A DNA stretch of 63,946 nucleotides, filler included, from Lenisia limosa (lineage: Eukaryota; Protista; Breviatea), in NCBI GenBank assembly GCA_001655205.1. It is 13 parts of 13 records of this genome, joined end to end, with 100 filler letters (N's around TTAATTAATTAA, not from the genome) between each part and the next. Parts side by side here need not be neighbours in the genome. Positions count along the whole stretch, not along the records: positions 15,713 to 25,976 come from LPNZ01011341.1; positions 26,077 to 28,495 come from LPNZ01011516.1; positions 28,596 to 41,250 come from LPNZ01002758.1; 10 more parts are not named here. One strand, 5' to 3'. This document shows positions 25,847-37,766 of the stretch, piece after piece. Made by a program: the position numbers and the translations under genes. Within the stretch, counting starts at the first letter, position 1; every line of letters starts with the position of its first letter. The notes under the pieces are model-generated. The model saw only the letters and a program-made list of their open reading frames with translations, ran no database searches and was not told where the DNA came from.

Positions 25847-25976
25847 ATATGGACAATGGTCTCAAAAACTACTATCGTTTGATATGGACAATGGTCTCAA
25901 AAACTACTATCGTTTAATATGGACAATGGTCTCAAAAACTACTATCGTTTGATATCAAAACCCACTATCGTTTGAT
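25847..25976. repeat. Tandem repeat, 35 bp unit
   Basis: actatcgtttgatatggacaatggtctcaaaaact, about 3.5 copies, ending at the scaffold edge. Confidence 0.9.
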
Positions 25977-26076
25977 NNNNNNNNNNNNNNNNNNNNNNNN
26001 NNNNNNNNNNNNNNNNNNNNTTAATTAATTAANNNNNNNNNNNNNNNNNNNNNNNNNNNNNNNNNNNNNNNNNNNN

Positions 26077-28495
26077 GGCGCTCCGGTCACGGGGGTTGCA
26101 GCTACTGCAATCAAGGGAGAAAACAAGGGTTTATACCCCATCGATAAAAATAAACAGAAATATATCGATAATTGTTGGGTTCTTTTCGACGATAAATCAG
26201 AAACCGCATTCCTCCACATACCGGCAGCGGGGGCGGCGGCAGGGGTGGCTCCGAAGAGTCCGCCGGCAGCAGGGGCNNNNNNNNNNGGTGTAAATCATAT
26301 TGTCATATACTAATATATCATATATAATACTTTAGCTACTCCTTCTGCCACGACATGCACTCAAGATTGTGTTTGATTAGAGAGATAATTATTTTAAAAA
26401 ACATGAATCATAGTGAATAGAAAAACAAGCATATTCTAATAAACCCGTATTCCTCCACATACCGGCAGCGGGCGCGGCGGCAGGGGTGGCACCGAAGAGT
26501 CCGCCGGCAGCAGGAGCTGCGGCCTTGGCGTCTGGGGGGGGNNNNNNNNNNNNNNNNNNNNNNNNNNNNNNNNNNNNNNNNNNNNNNNNNNNNNNNNNNN
26601 NNNNNNNNNNNNNNNNNNNNNNNNNNNNNNNNNNNNNNNNNNNNNNNNNNNNNNNNGTGTTGAGCTCATCAACAAAACAAACAAAGTCCAGGCCAGTCGC
26701 TTCTGTAGTTCTCATCATTCCAGCGTGTGATAAAAAAGGAAACGGAGCTGAACTTCCAACAGAAAAATAGTATGGGCACAAGTATGTTTGAAAAAACCAA
26801 AATTCACACACACAAAAAAAGAGTATTGTTTCACAGAAACTTGAGTATCCAAAAGAATGGTGAAAAGACTTGACAAGACCCATTCAGAAATGAAGCAAAG
26901 ACGTACCGGCAGCAGGTGCCACTCCAAAGAGTCCGCCAGCTGGGGTGGCTGCTTTGGTGTCTCAAAACATTAGAAGCCTTTTTTATATGTATGCAAATTA
27001 AACATTATTGTCATTTTGGACCAAAGTGATTTTTAAGCCCTCCGCATACCGGCAGCGGGGGCGGCGGCAGGGGTGGCTCCGAAGAGTCCGCCGGCAGCAG
27101 GGGCTGCGGCCTTGGCGTCTGGGGGGGGGGGTATAAAATTGGAAAATTTATGAAACAAAAAAAAAGCCCGTAATACATTGGATTGAGTCACCGATTAGAA
27201 CAACTAGCTACATCATGCAAACAACCAGGTGGGGCTGAAGAAAGGTCCAGCCTAACATCACCTTATAAGATTGATTATTGTAGTTCGAGAAAAGCATGAG
27301 AAAAAAGACCGAAGAACAAGTCTTGAGAATGACGGGAGGGGGGTTGTTTCAATTATACCCTGTTAGACAAAATGCTGTCATTAGTAACGAAAAAAAGAGC
27401 GTAATATGGCCTTTATCATGCATTAATTGTATTCTGAATAAATAATATGGTATTATCTCAATTGAATACCGGCAGCGGGAGCGGCGGCAGGGGTGGCTCC
27501 GAAGAGTCCGCCGGCAACAGGAGNNNNNNNNNNATATTACACGCAGTAATATGTATTGCGTGTAATATTATGATACTCTGGTACACCCAAGATGAACCCT
27601 CGTATCTCGGCTCAGAAAGTCGGTCATGTGATCATATCACTAATGTATACGGGTCGAAATATGATGACAATTATACACTATCAAAGATGCAGGCGTCCTC
27701 CAACCAGTTGCAGTGGTAGCAGGCGCCGCAGCTGGTGTGGCTGTTATGTTAATATAGAACACATTAGAGCAGTATTAACATTACACTGTCTGAAGCTGGG
27801 GTCCCACCTCCAAATGAGAAACCTCCAGCAGCAGGGGCGGCAGCCTTGGTATCTGCGACATAAGCGTAACAATCCCACATGCAACAGACACCCTGGAAAG
27901 AAAAACAATTTAACAGTAGCGTTTATTCCTCCGCATACCGGCAGCGGGGGCGGCGGCAGGGGTAGCTCCGAAGAGTCCGCCGGCATCAGGGGCTGCGGCC
28001 TTGGTGTCTNNNNNNNNNNNNNNNNNNNNNNNNNNNNNNNNNNNNNNNNNNNNNNNNNNNNNNNNNNNNNNNNNNNNNNNNNNNNNNNNNNNNNNNNNNN
28101 NNNNNNNNTATTGCCAACAAAAAAAAGGATCTCAACGAAGTTAGAACGCCAGAAAATTAAATACACCATCAATGCTGGATCCGGCAAACAAATCGCTTTT
28201 GAATAAGAAGAAAATGAAAAAACCTAAATCTCCCTTCAAAGATAAACCCTATTAGCTTGCTATTAGATAGCCCCTTCACCTCCAAATGTAAATCCACCAG
28301 CAGCAGGGGCTGCAGCCTTGGCGTCTGTGGTGTGTGACAAAAAAGTATCCAACAACAGCAACAGCAAAACCGAATGGAGAAATGTGTTATGAGGTAGACG
28401 TTTCAGCGGTAATATAATTGACATTCTCTCACATACCGGCAGCGGGGGCGGCGGCAGGAGTAGCTCCGAAGAGTCCGCCAGCAGCAGGGGCTGCG
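26077..28495 (-). CDS. FG-repeat (GLFG/FxFG) nucleoporin, internal fragment
   Basis: Six copies of a 69-nt exon encoding DAKAAAPAAGGLFGATPAAAPAA (complete at 26463-26531, 27050-27118, 27939-28007; gap-truncated near 26222, 27470, 28437). Also a 54-nt GLFG variant near 26.9 kb and two 45-nt exons (GGFSFG, GGFTFG). Which nucleoporin cannot be determined. Confidence 0.8.
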
Positions 28496-28739
28496 NNNNN
28501 NNNNNNNNNNNNNNNNNNNNNNNNNNNNNNNNNNNNNNNTTAATTAATTAANNNNNNNNNNNNNNNNNNNNNNNNNNNNNNNNNNNNNNNNNNNNTCCAT
28601 CAAACTAACCAAAGGATATCACATAATATATTTGCGGTCTACCAGACACAGACTCATGATAAACAGCGTCTTTTTATCGCCTCAGTCTGATGCTCCCACC
28701 GTGACTTTCCCCATTTGGTTATCGTTCGGGTTTCCTGTT

Positions 28740-31086
28740 TTGGCCATTTTTATCCTGGTCAGTTTCGCGGTGTTAGTTATCAGGTGAGCTGGATGAAGGC
28801 CTTAATAAGCGTGATTTGCCCCGACTTCACTTCGTTTTGGCTATAGTGTTCGAGGATTTATCGAGAAATTCAGTCTTTTTTCTAACTGAAATGAAGCCCA
28901 AGTAGAAACCCTATGGATCCTAACCCGCGCCCCTCAGGTTTGTACCGTCCAATGAGCTGGATATCGATATGAGCGCGTTCCACAAACAAAAAGCTGCTTT
29001 AGGCCCTCTCAAGTGGGGGGGGGGGGNNNNNNNNNNNNNNNNNNNNNNNNNNNNNNNNNNNNNNNNNNNNNNNNNNNNNNNNNNNNNNNNNNNNNNNNNN
29101 NNNNNNNNNNNNNNNNNNNNNNNNNNNNNTTGGAAGTGGACTGAGCAATGAACATTAGGGGCTGGTGCATTTTTCAGATAATCTGGCGTGACGTTCAATG
29201 ACATCTCAGATCAGCGGAGAAGATCATTTTAGGAACCCTTGGCTTCATGATTTTCCTTTGGTTCTTCAGACAAGACATTGTGTTTTCAGGGAGCACTTGC
29301 ACGGCCTGGACAACATGCATCCCCGGCTGGTCCGGCGGCCTCGTTGTGGGCGGCGGCGCTTTGATACTTTTTGTTCCAATTTCCTTAATTAATGACAGTG
29401 TACTTCGGGCTGATGCGACATTTTTAATTCCCAGAATTACATATTTTGAGTTACAATTTGATGACTCTACTTGATAAGTACGATGACCCCTTTTTTAATT
29501 GGGTTGATGAAGCTCTAATCTTTTAGTCTGATCCTAGTTATATTAGTGACGGTGTTGTTGCTCTTCTGGGCGCCATTTTATTGTTTATGCTTGAAGACGG
29601 ACACAGTGAGCGGAATATTGAGTTGTCATTATGTAATTTGATTCAATTTCACAAAGTATTAAACCAAAATACCATGCGCTTACTGTTCAGATAAGAAGAT
29701 AATGGATTGGAAAGAGGCGACGGCCGAGTTTCCCTGGTTCATGGTCTTTCTCCTGGGCGGTTTGCCGGGGTAAATATGGCTTTCCAAACAACCTCGCATT
29801 GGAAATATTTATGGCAACTTCATCAACTAACAATTGTCATTTTTCTCTCCAACTTCATCAACTAACAATTTACATTGGCATTTTTCTCACCAACTTCATC
29901 AATTTTCATTGGCATTGTCTCACCTACTTCATCAACTAACACTTTTCATTGACATTTTTCTCACCAACTTCATCAAGTAATAATTTTCATTGGGTGTCTG
30001 TTTCGATTATTTCGTATGATTTTGCTTGTGTTGTGTTGTATGGTGATTTTGTTTGGTGTTTCAGTGTGTTTATTTTGTCATCACTACATTTTCGCTCTAA
30101 TTTCATCAACAAACTGTCCTTAGTTACCCCCCCCCCCTCCAGGGGGCTTTGCCCTTGCCAAAGCCATGGATGAAACGGGTTTATCGGCCTACATTGGAAG
30201 CCAGTTGGAGCACCTGTCGAGTGTTCCGCCTATTTGGATCGTCTTGATCGCAATTACTCTTGTGTAGGAGGGAGTGATACTGGTCTGGACTCTTATGCTG
30301 TTGTTTTTTGAAGACTCCTTGCAGTCACCACACACATAGTGGGAGTATTCATTAACGGAATGGAGTATTAAAGATAATAAATAGTTAAGTTCTTCCATAA
30401 CCATCCAGTATCTTCATGACGGAAGTGATTAGTAATACGGCGGCTGCGGCTGTGACTCTTCCGATTGTGGTGGGTACTGAGTATCAACACCCACAATACT
30501 ATCATCACTATGGGCCGCTATTGGGCTTCTCTATAGTCCCGTANNNNNNNNNNNNNNNNNNNNNNNNNNNNNNNNNNNNNNNNNNNNNNNNNNNNNNNNN
30601 NNNNNNNNNNNNCTTAGTTTATCTATAACATCGCTTTACGCTGTAGGCGCGACTGGCAAATAACATCGGCTTCAACCCCATGTACATTATGATCCCCATC
30701 ACATTTGCCTGCTCATTCGGTTTGCCCATTACAATTCCTATTTCGTTACAAAAGGGGTTCATGATCTTCAAACTCGACCAGCCGTCGTGTTCACCCTCCT
30801 CTCAGCCTTCATGCTGCCTACTGCCACAAGTCCGAATGCAATTGCGTTTGGTACCAATCGACTGAAAGGTACCCCCAGATAGTTCTTCATAATATCAATT
30901 ATATTGAGACGTGTTACTGCTTTATTTGAATAATTGCTGCACAATGTGTTCATTAATTACTTCAAATGAAAAGGTTCTCCGCAGGGAGTATTTCATTATC
31001 TTTTTTTTTTGCTCACACCGCCAGTGTCCGAAATGGTTATACATGGCTTCTTGCTGAACATTCTCTCAATTTTCCTGATATGGACT
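28740..31086 (+). CDS. SLC13/DASS family Na+/dicarboxylate or sulfate symporter (C-terminal half; 5' truncated)
   Basis: Exons EKIILGTLGFMIFLWFFR..PGW, YISDGVVALLGAILLFML, MDWKEATAEFPWFMVFLLGG|GFALAKAMDETGLSAYIG, FMTEVISNTAAAAVTLPIV, NPMYIMIPITFACSF|AFMLPTATSPNAIAFG and MVIHGFLLN match SLC13 signature motifs. Confidence 0.92.
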
Positions 31087-31536
31087 ACGTGGTAGGGAGG
31101 GGGGATACTGTGAATACCTCTCATTTTTAAGGATACCACGAATGGGGGCTGCCATTATTAGAATATTCTTGTCATACTGAGAGTGAGTCACAGTTCAGGG
31201 TCACGTTTGGATATCAACTTTTCGGAATTGACCCTCACAACAATCCTTCTTGGAATGTAATGGACTAGGCATTCATATGGTAGAATTGTCATGGTTTTAA
31301 CGTTCTGGTGGAATGGAATATTATAGTTTTTCTTGAACTTGTCAGATTTGGAGCCTTTTGGACATAAATAACTGTCAAATCTAAAACAAAATAATACTAA
31401 CAGGAAAACTATCTCACGAAGACCTAGATGGTGAATTACCTCAAGACAAAACCCTTTTACCGACTCTATTTTGATGGTGAATTACCTAAAGACAAAACCC
31501 TTTTACCGAGACTCTATTTTGATGGGGAACGAAGAA

Positions 31537-33610
31537 TTACATGGTATAATAAATATGATATGATGATGTCAAATAATGACAAGAAAGAATTACGGTACTG
31601 TCGTAATACATCGATCTGACTGCCAGCCCCCTCACCATGAAGTGCATATTTCCGTCATACGTGCCGTGAAGCGTATTGCACGCGTAGAAATACGACACCA
31701 TATCATTGTGCACGCCGACTTGGTAATGTCTCGATCCACTATGAAGGTAAGATTGAAACCACCATGACCGAAGCCCATGCCACAAGGACAGCTAACTCAT
31801 AAAAGGGGAAGTTTGAAACGGATAGGTTGCCTTGGTTTGAATAGCCGTTTGACTTTGTACCAGGGAGAAGGCTTTGGTAGTGTCCAGTCAAAGCAGTGTA
31901 GCTCTGGGGGATAAGACAAGACAACAAACAAGCAATGAACACATCTGTTGGAGGATGAGCGCACCGATGCCATTGAGGAGAAGCTGCCAAGTCCAGTTTT
32001 GGCGTAACTGACGTCCGGGGTACTGAAGTGGATACTCTCGACCGCAGTTGTCCCCTAAAGAGTGAGCTGTAGGTTTAAGAGGCTGTGGAATTAGATGTAC
32101 TAAGAAGCTTTCCATTAATCTCTAGACCATCAGAGCACGCTCTGATAGTCTATCATATGATACATCTGCAACAATCGAGCAACCAAAATGCCCCCGAACC
32201 TTGCAGTAGAACCGCAGCTCCTTGAAGTCAATTTTGCTGAGCATACTCGTGGTTGCCTGCCCCCATTCGCTGCCCACTGTACTCCCATCGAAGCCTGTGT
32301 AGTGAGGGGCGTCTATGGAGATTGGCACATTGTGTAATGAGTTGTGAGAAACCCCAAGTGGGGCTAGGCGAACGAGAATAAAGAAAAGGTCCATGTGAAT
32401 GAAGCAAGGTTTATCAAGAAATCAGAAATATAAATGGAAAACACTCGTTCGTCTTGCCGGCCTGAAAAGTCCTAAAAAACATCCGCTCCAAAAAATACGC
32501 CAACTCACCCAAAGAACGGTGACTAAAGAGGGGAAGAGAAGCATTGTGGAACTACACAGTAAGTGACAGTGTGTATTTGGCTGAAACTATCAAATTTGAC
32601 ATGAATATAAAACAAAACAGTACAAACAGCACATAGACCTACAGTACTCGGGGGGCTTGTACCTGATTTGTGCCAATAGTTGAGGATCAAAGTCCAGCCA
32701 GATTCCTCACTCGCATCGCAGTAGGCTTGAATATAGGGCTATTGACTGTCAGACAGAGAATATCAACACAACCATAGATGTATGTGAGCCATATTGATAA
32801 GCAGGTTGGTAATCAGTAGTAGAAGCTCGGAAAAAACCGGGAATTATTACGACTCGCAATCAAGAACTTCGCTTCACTCAATATGATACAATTACGTCAG
32901 GACGCTCCACAAACCTCCGAAGCATTGGGTCGGATATAGTAAACACCAGAGGTTGGAACTTCTAGCACATGAGACAACAGAATTAGGAATATAACCACTA
33001 CGCAATAAGTCCTCTTGCAAGAGCGGAGTAGTGGATGGCCTTACAGTCCTCACCTCCTCTTGCAAGAGCGGAGTAGTGGATGGCCTTACAGTTCAAACCC
33101 GGGTTTGTGATTGACCCAGGGGAGGACAATTTATCTGCAATCTATGCGGTCAATAGTCAATAAAGACGTTCTGGGTGTTGAAATATAACATAATACCCTT
33201 CATAGCTACGAACCACCCTCAGCAAACTTCATCGATTCGGAGGAGCAGGCTGTCAATTTGTGCTTGCATCTACGATGTAAAACAATATGGCTCAATCTGT
33301 TACACACACCACTCCCCCTCATATTATCCACATTATTCACATTATCCACATTATCCACATTATTCACATTATCCACATTATTCACATTATCCACATTATC
33401 CACATTATTCACATTATTCACATTATCCACATTATCCACATTAACCACATTATTCACATTATCCACATTATCCACATTATCCACATTATCCACATTATTC
33501 ACATTATCCACATTATCCACATTAGGACCCACCCACAGTGTCTACCATAGACCTAGGAACAACTCCTTCAGCATTGGTTGGCTCACTGCATACTACACCC
33601 TCGGGTAGCC
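31537..33610 (-). CDS. Fibrinogen-like YCDxxxxGGGW-type domain protein
   Basis: Spliced: SITNPGLNCKAIHYSALARG|EVPTSGVYYIRPNASE|AYCDASEESGWTLILNYWHKS|..EWGQATTSMLSKIDFKELRFYCK|GTTAVESIHFSTPDVSYAKTGLGSFSS..|SYTALTGHYQSLLPG..SNQGNLSVSNFPFYE|SGSRHYQVG. The N-terminus probably continues to ~35 kb. Confidence 0.7.
33320..33522. repeat. Intronic 9-bp tandem array (cacattatc/cacattatt)n
   Basis: About 22 consecutive units; source of the repetitive HYP/VDN/TLS/HII ORFs in the track. Confidence 0.95.
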
Positions 33611-35296
33611 TAATGGGAGGATGGAATAAGACAAAAACCTGTTCAGATCTAACAACTGCCTCTTTCATTCCTCCAGACCCCCACTCCCAACAATGTGCTA
33701 GTTTTTGAGAGGGGAAAGGTGTAAAGCAAGGAGTTTAGAAGAATACCACATACTTTAGTTTTGAACCAGCAATCAGATGAACAGTTAAGAGGAACAGGAA
33801 AACCTGCCACAAGTAAAACAGATAAGATTATTTTGGTTGCTGTCTTCTTCACTTCATATCAAATACAACAATGGTGTGAGGCATTTTTTGCAATTTACAA
33901 AATACAAAACTATGGCAATACGCGACTATTTGCATCGAGATAAGAAACAGATGTGCAAACCATTTGCGATACTCTTCCGGTCATTGTCATTGCCATTGTC
34001 CTTGATACAATCTTGATATCTGTGATTAGTCTGTGATATAGTCTTCTCCTGAGATTATCAGTTTGTGCCTGCTCAACTTTGGATCTTCACAGGCGATAAA
34101 GCAGATAAAGAGAAGCGCCCGGGCTACCCTTCGGTAAAAAAGTAACACGGGCCGGATTAGCCCAGAGCTATTCTTGTTTCCACCATCATCAAAAGAGGTC
34201 CCTCCGTCCCGTGTGCTCCTGCGTCCAAGCGGGGGTCTGGTTGATAAAAGTGGAGGTGCACGGTGTACCAACATATCTTCATATCCAGAAAAAAAAAAAA
34301 AACCAAAATAGCAACAGTCCATCTCCCTCAGACAGCCCCCAGGAGGGTTCCGAAAAACAGTGGCGGTGTACAGTTTTCGTGTTTTCTATAGTGGCGGTGT
34401 ATACGGTGTATGGTGATGAAAATTTTGGGGAGTGACCCCCCTTGCCTGCGTCCAGGGTTAAAACGGGAATGATGGATTTTGGAAATATGGCTTGAATTTG
34501 GCCACGGGACCCGGTTGATTGGCAGGATTTGGATGGAATAGATTGTGTGCTCCTGAGGTCATGAGGTGTCAAAATAATACATGTCAAAAGACTTAGGCTT
34601 GTGCTGGGTACCCAGGCGNNNNNNNNNNNNNNNNNNNNNNNNNNNNNNNNNNNNNNNNNNNNNNNNNNNNNNNNNNNNNNNNNNNNNNNNNNNNNNNNNN
34701 NNNNNNNNNNNNNNNNNNNNNNNNNNNNNNNNNNNNNNNNNNNNNNNNNNNNNNNNNNNNNNNNNNNNNNNNNNNNNNNNNNNNNNNNNNNNNNNNNNNN
34801 NNNNNNNNNNNNNNNNNNNNNNNNNNNNNNNNTGGTGGTGAATGAAGGTGCGGTGAGGAAGGGGGACACACTGGAAATAGACACTGTAATGAGTTATGTG
34901 CATGAGAGATTGTAACAGTCTTGCAAGGTCGAAAATCGCATGTATTAAGATATTACTCCTCCCTCCCCCTCTTACAGGATAGGCCATGGGGACAACAACA
35001 ACCTAGGGGGGCATTAGATGAAAATGGAGTAAATTCTCGAACGAATCATTCAAGTAATAACCTAGAACATGCATGTTATACATTGCCAACCTGGGGGTGC
35101 GCCTGGTTGTATGGACCATATCCCGGCTGATATCCAGGCTGGTTGTATCCAGGGGGAGGAAGGTTCGGGTTGCCTTATTGGGTAAATCAGAACAGCAATT
35201 CAAACAGTGGAGGTTCACATCAGTTAATTAAAGAATCCAACAGCTAACCATCCAAATGAGAAATGGCCATAGCGCGGGCCGCACGGACTTGCTGCA

Positions 35297-37214
35297 CTAA
35301 ATTGAAGAATTCCACCGGGTTCTCGGGGGACAGCATGTAGCTCTGGGGGGGGGGGTAAATGTAGCCGTCAATACAATTCAAAAAAATCCCGTGCTTGATG
35401 TGTGATATTAAGCAGTCTATTCCCTCAATCCTTGATGCCTTATTTGTAAAGCCACGTTGCCACCTTAAAGCAACTATTTAGTTCCAAAACCTGGTTCGAT
35501 TGAAGAACATAAAGAATCATTGAGCGTGACTGCGCAATTTAGATTGCGTGGGGAAAATTAATTATGATATTAAAATAAGAGAACAACAGTTATGATTATC
35601 ATATTGACCAAAATCTTTGTTTAATAATTCTAGTAAAAAGTAGTAAAAAAGAATACGCCGTAAGTAAATGTTTATCCGTTCGAAGTTTAACCTGCTCTAA
35701 GGAAGCTGGTGGCAGGTTCACCAAAGGAAACAGAACCGCATAATCCCCCCACTGCCACGAGGCAGCCGCCTCGGAGGGTGACTTTCACAATCGTGGCGCT
35801 GTTCGTCATGGCCCACTAAGCGGTAACTGGGGCAAACGACAAGAGAGAAAAAACCCCTCAACCACACCCCTACTTTACAACCTCAACCTCAACCCTCCCT
35901 ACCACGCCCATATGGAGGATTCCATTGGTCATGTAGACCTGCTCAACTTCGCCAAATGAAATAGTGATCTGAAGGATACGAATAAGTACATAAAAAAAAA
36001 TACGAGGTGATTCAATAATCATGGTAAAGTCCAAGCATGTAATCTACATGTTGCCCTAGCCCACCTCCCTGTCGTGGTACTTCCTCTTGATGTTGATCCC
36101 ATTGGGGGTGACGCGGAAGCTCTCAGGTGTCTCATTATACCACTACACGGTCATATAAAGGGACAATCATTGTTGTTGTATATTGCTCCGGTCATATAAA
36201 GGGACAATCATTGTTGTTTATTGCTACCTCCGAGTTCTTTTCCAGTGTGCTGGGGATGCCTGTTTACACCCGCTAATATCATCATAAGACCTAAACAGAA
36301 TATCCTATCAGAGGGTATCAACGGGGGGGGGGGGGGGNNNNNNNNNNNNNNNNNNNNNNNNNNNNNNNNNNNNNNNNNNNNNNNNNNNNNNNNNNNNNNN
36401 NNNNNNNNNNNNNNNNNNNNNNAGAAACCCATAACGGTTGCAGTCGCTTCTGAACTGGGGAGTATGATGATTGATGCCCTCAAACATTGACGATTCTCAG
36501 GATAAGGAAAAGAAAGAAGATGATGGATGCGAATACGCTGCCACTGGCCATGTTCATCGCCAGCATCAGAAACACCAGGCATATGATGAAGAAACGGAAG
36601 GCGTTCACATTGCCCGGGACGGTTTTGAAGACTCGGTTCTGGGGGGGGGGGGNNNNNNNNNNNNNNNNNNNNNNNNNNNNNNNNNNNNNNNNNNNNNNNN
36701 NNNNNNNNNNNNNNNNNNNNNNNNNNNNNNNACAAACAGAATAAACTGAAACTGCAAAACAAAAGCAAAATGCAATAAGCAATAATTAACATGGGTAGCA
36801 GTAATAAAACTAAACAACACCAGATGACATAAGCTAAACAACACCAGATAACATAAACACAACATTCAATAAACATACTTCACATGAGCACATAATGTTC
36901 TCACACAAAATTAATATGAAACAAACAACACAAATGGGAGCGGGTAAATTGAAGCATAAGTGACAAAAACCTAAGAACATGTAGGCTTAGTGTAAGAGGG
37001 GAGGGGGGGCAGTTGGACTTTCTCAAAAAATTCATGGTGAAGTACAGTAATTCCGTCAGCCTGGAACACCACTCTGGCCAAGGCCATTTCAACGAAATGG
37101 AAGCTCTCCTCTTACCATCTGCTCTTCTGAAGCGGGATCAATTGGAATGGCCGCAATGACCGCTGGTGGAGGCTGCATGGCTGGGGGCTGCCCGGCTCTG
37201 TTGCTATTGTACAT
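35297..37214 (-). CDS. Small membrane protein with two TM helices and a C-terminal bacterial-PH-like domain
   Basis: MYNSNRAGQPPAMQPP..|ADGITVLHHEFFEK|NRVFKTVPG..FFIICLVFLMLAMNMASGSVFASIIFFLFLILRIV|..SFRVTPNGINIKRKYHDRE|ITISFGEVEQVYMTNGILHMG|WAMTNSATIVKVTLRGGCL|SYMLSPENPVEFFN*. The PH-like call is my inference. Confidence 0.6.
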
Positions 37215-37766
37215 AATGAAGTCCAATAAGAGTGAAGAGCTTCGTTGTTGAATGGAACCGGTCGTTAACCTGTTCTCTAATGGATGTTCTTGGGAATATA
37301 ACGGGCACTGGGATGGAAGAGCCTTAAAAAGCGAACGGCTCCACTTTACTCCGAAAAAACAGCGCTTTTTTCTTTGCCTCTTTACTTAACTCTACAAAAA
37401 ATACCACCACACAACTACTCTGCAACCTGATTTATGCGCTTTTTTGCTTTTTTTTTTTTGCTTTTTTACTTTTGGCTGATCGGTGATCATCCTTGACAGA
37501 AACGAAAAGAAAGCTGGAAGATGTGGAAATGTGGAAGATGAATGAATATTATTTGGGATTTGGGAATATTTCCAGAGAATTCCAGGAGTTTTCTTACTTT
37601 GACGACTTCCATAAGAGGCAACGCAATCACGATATGTGAATGACTTTGATCTAATCATCAATGCATCAACCATATATACAAATATATATTAATGATAGTT
37701 GAATCTACTCAAAACATTGGCCCATACCTGACTCTATACCTGACAATACTGTATCATTTCCTGCAC

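Noticed and set aside
26200-28495. Regularly spaced ~70-bp repeats with unique spacers resembling a CRISPR array
   Set aside because: Repeats are GT-AG bounded in-frame exons encoding GLFG peptides, spacers are 150-500 nt introns, the context is eukaryotic, and there are no cas genes.
33175-33608. Repetitive ORFs (HYPHYS, VDNVNN, TLSTLF, HIIHII)
   Set aside because: All are translations of one 9-bp tandem array lying inside an intron of the fibrinogen-like gene.
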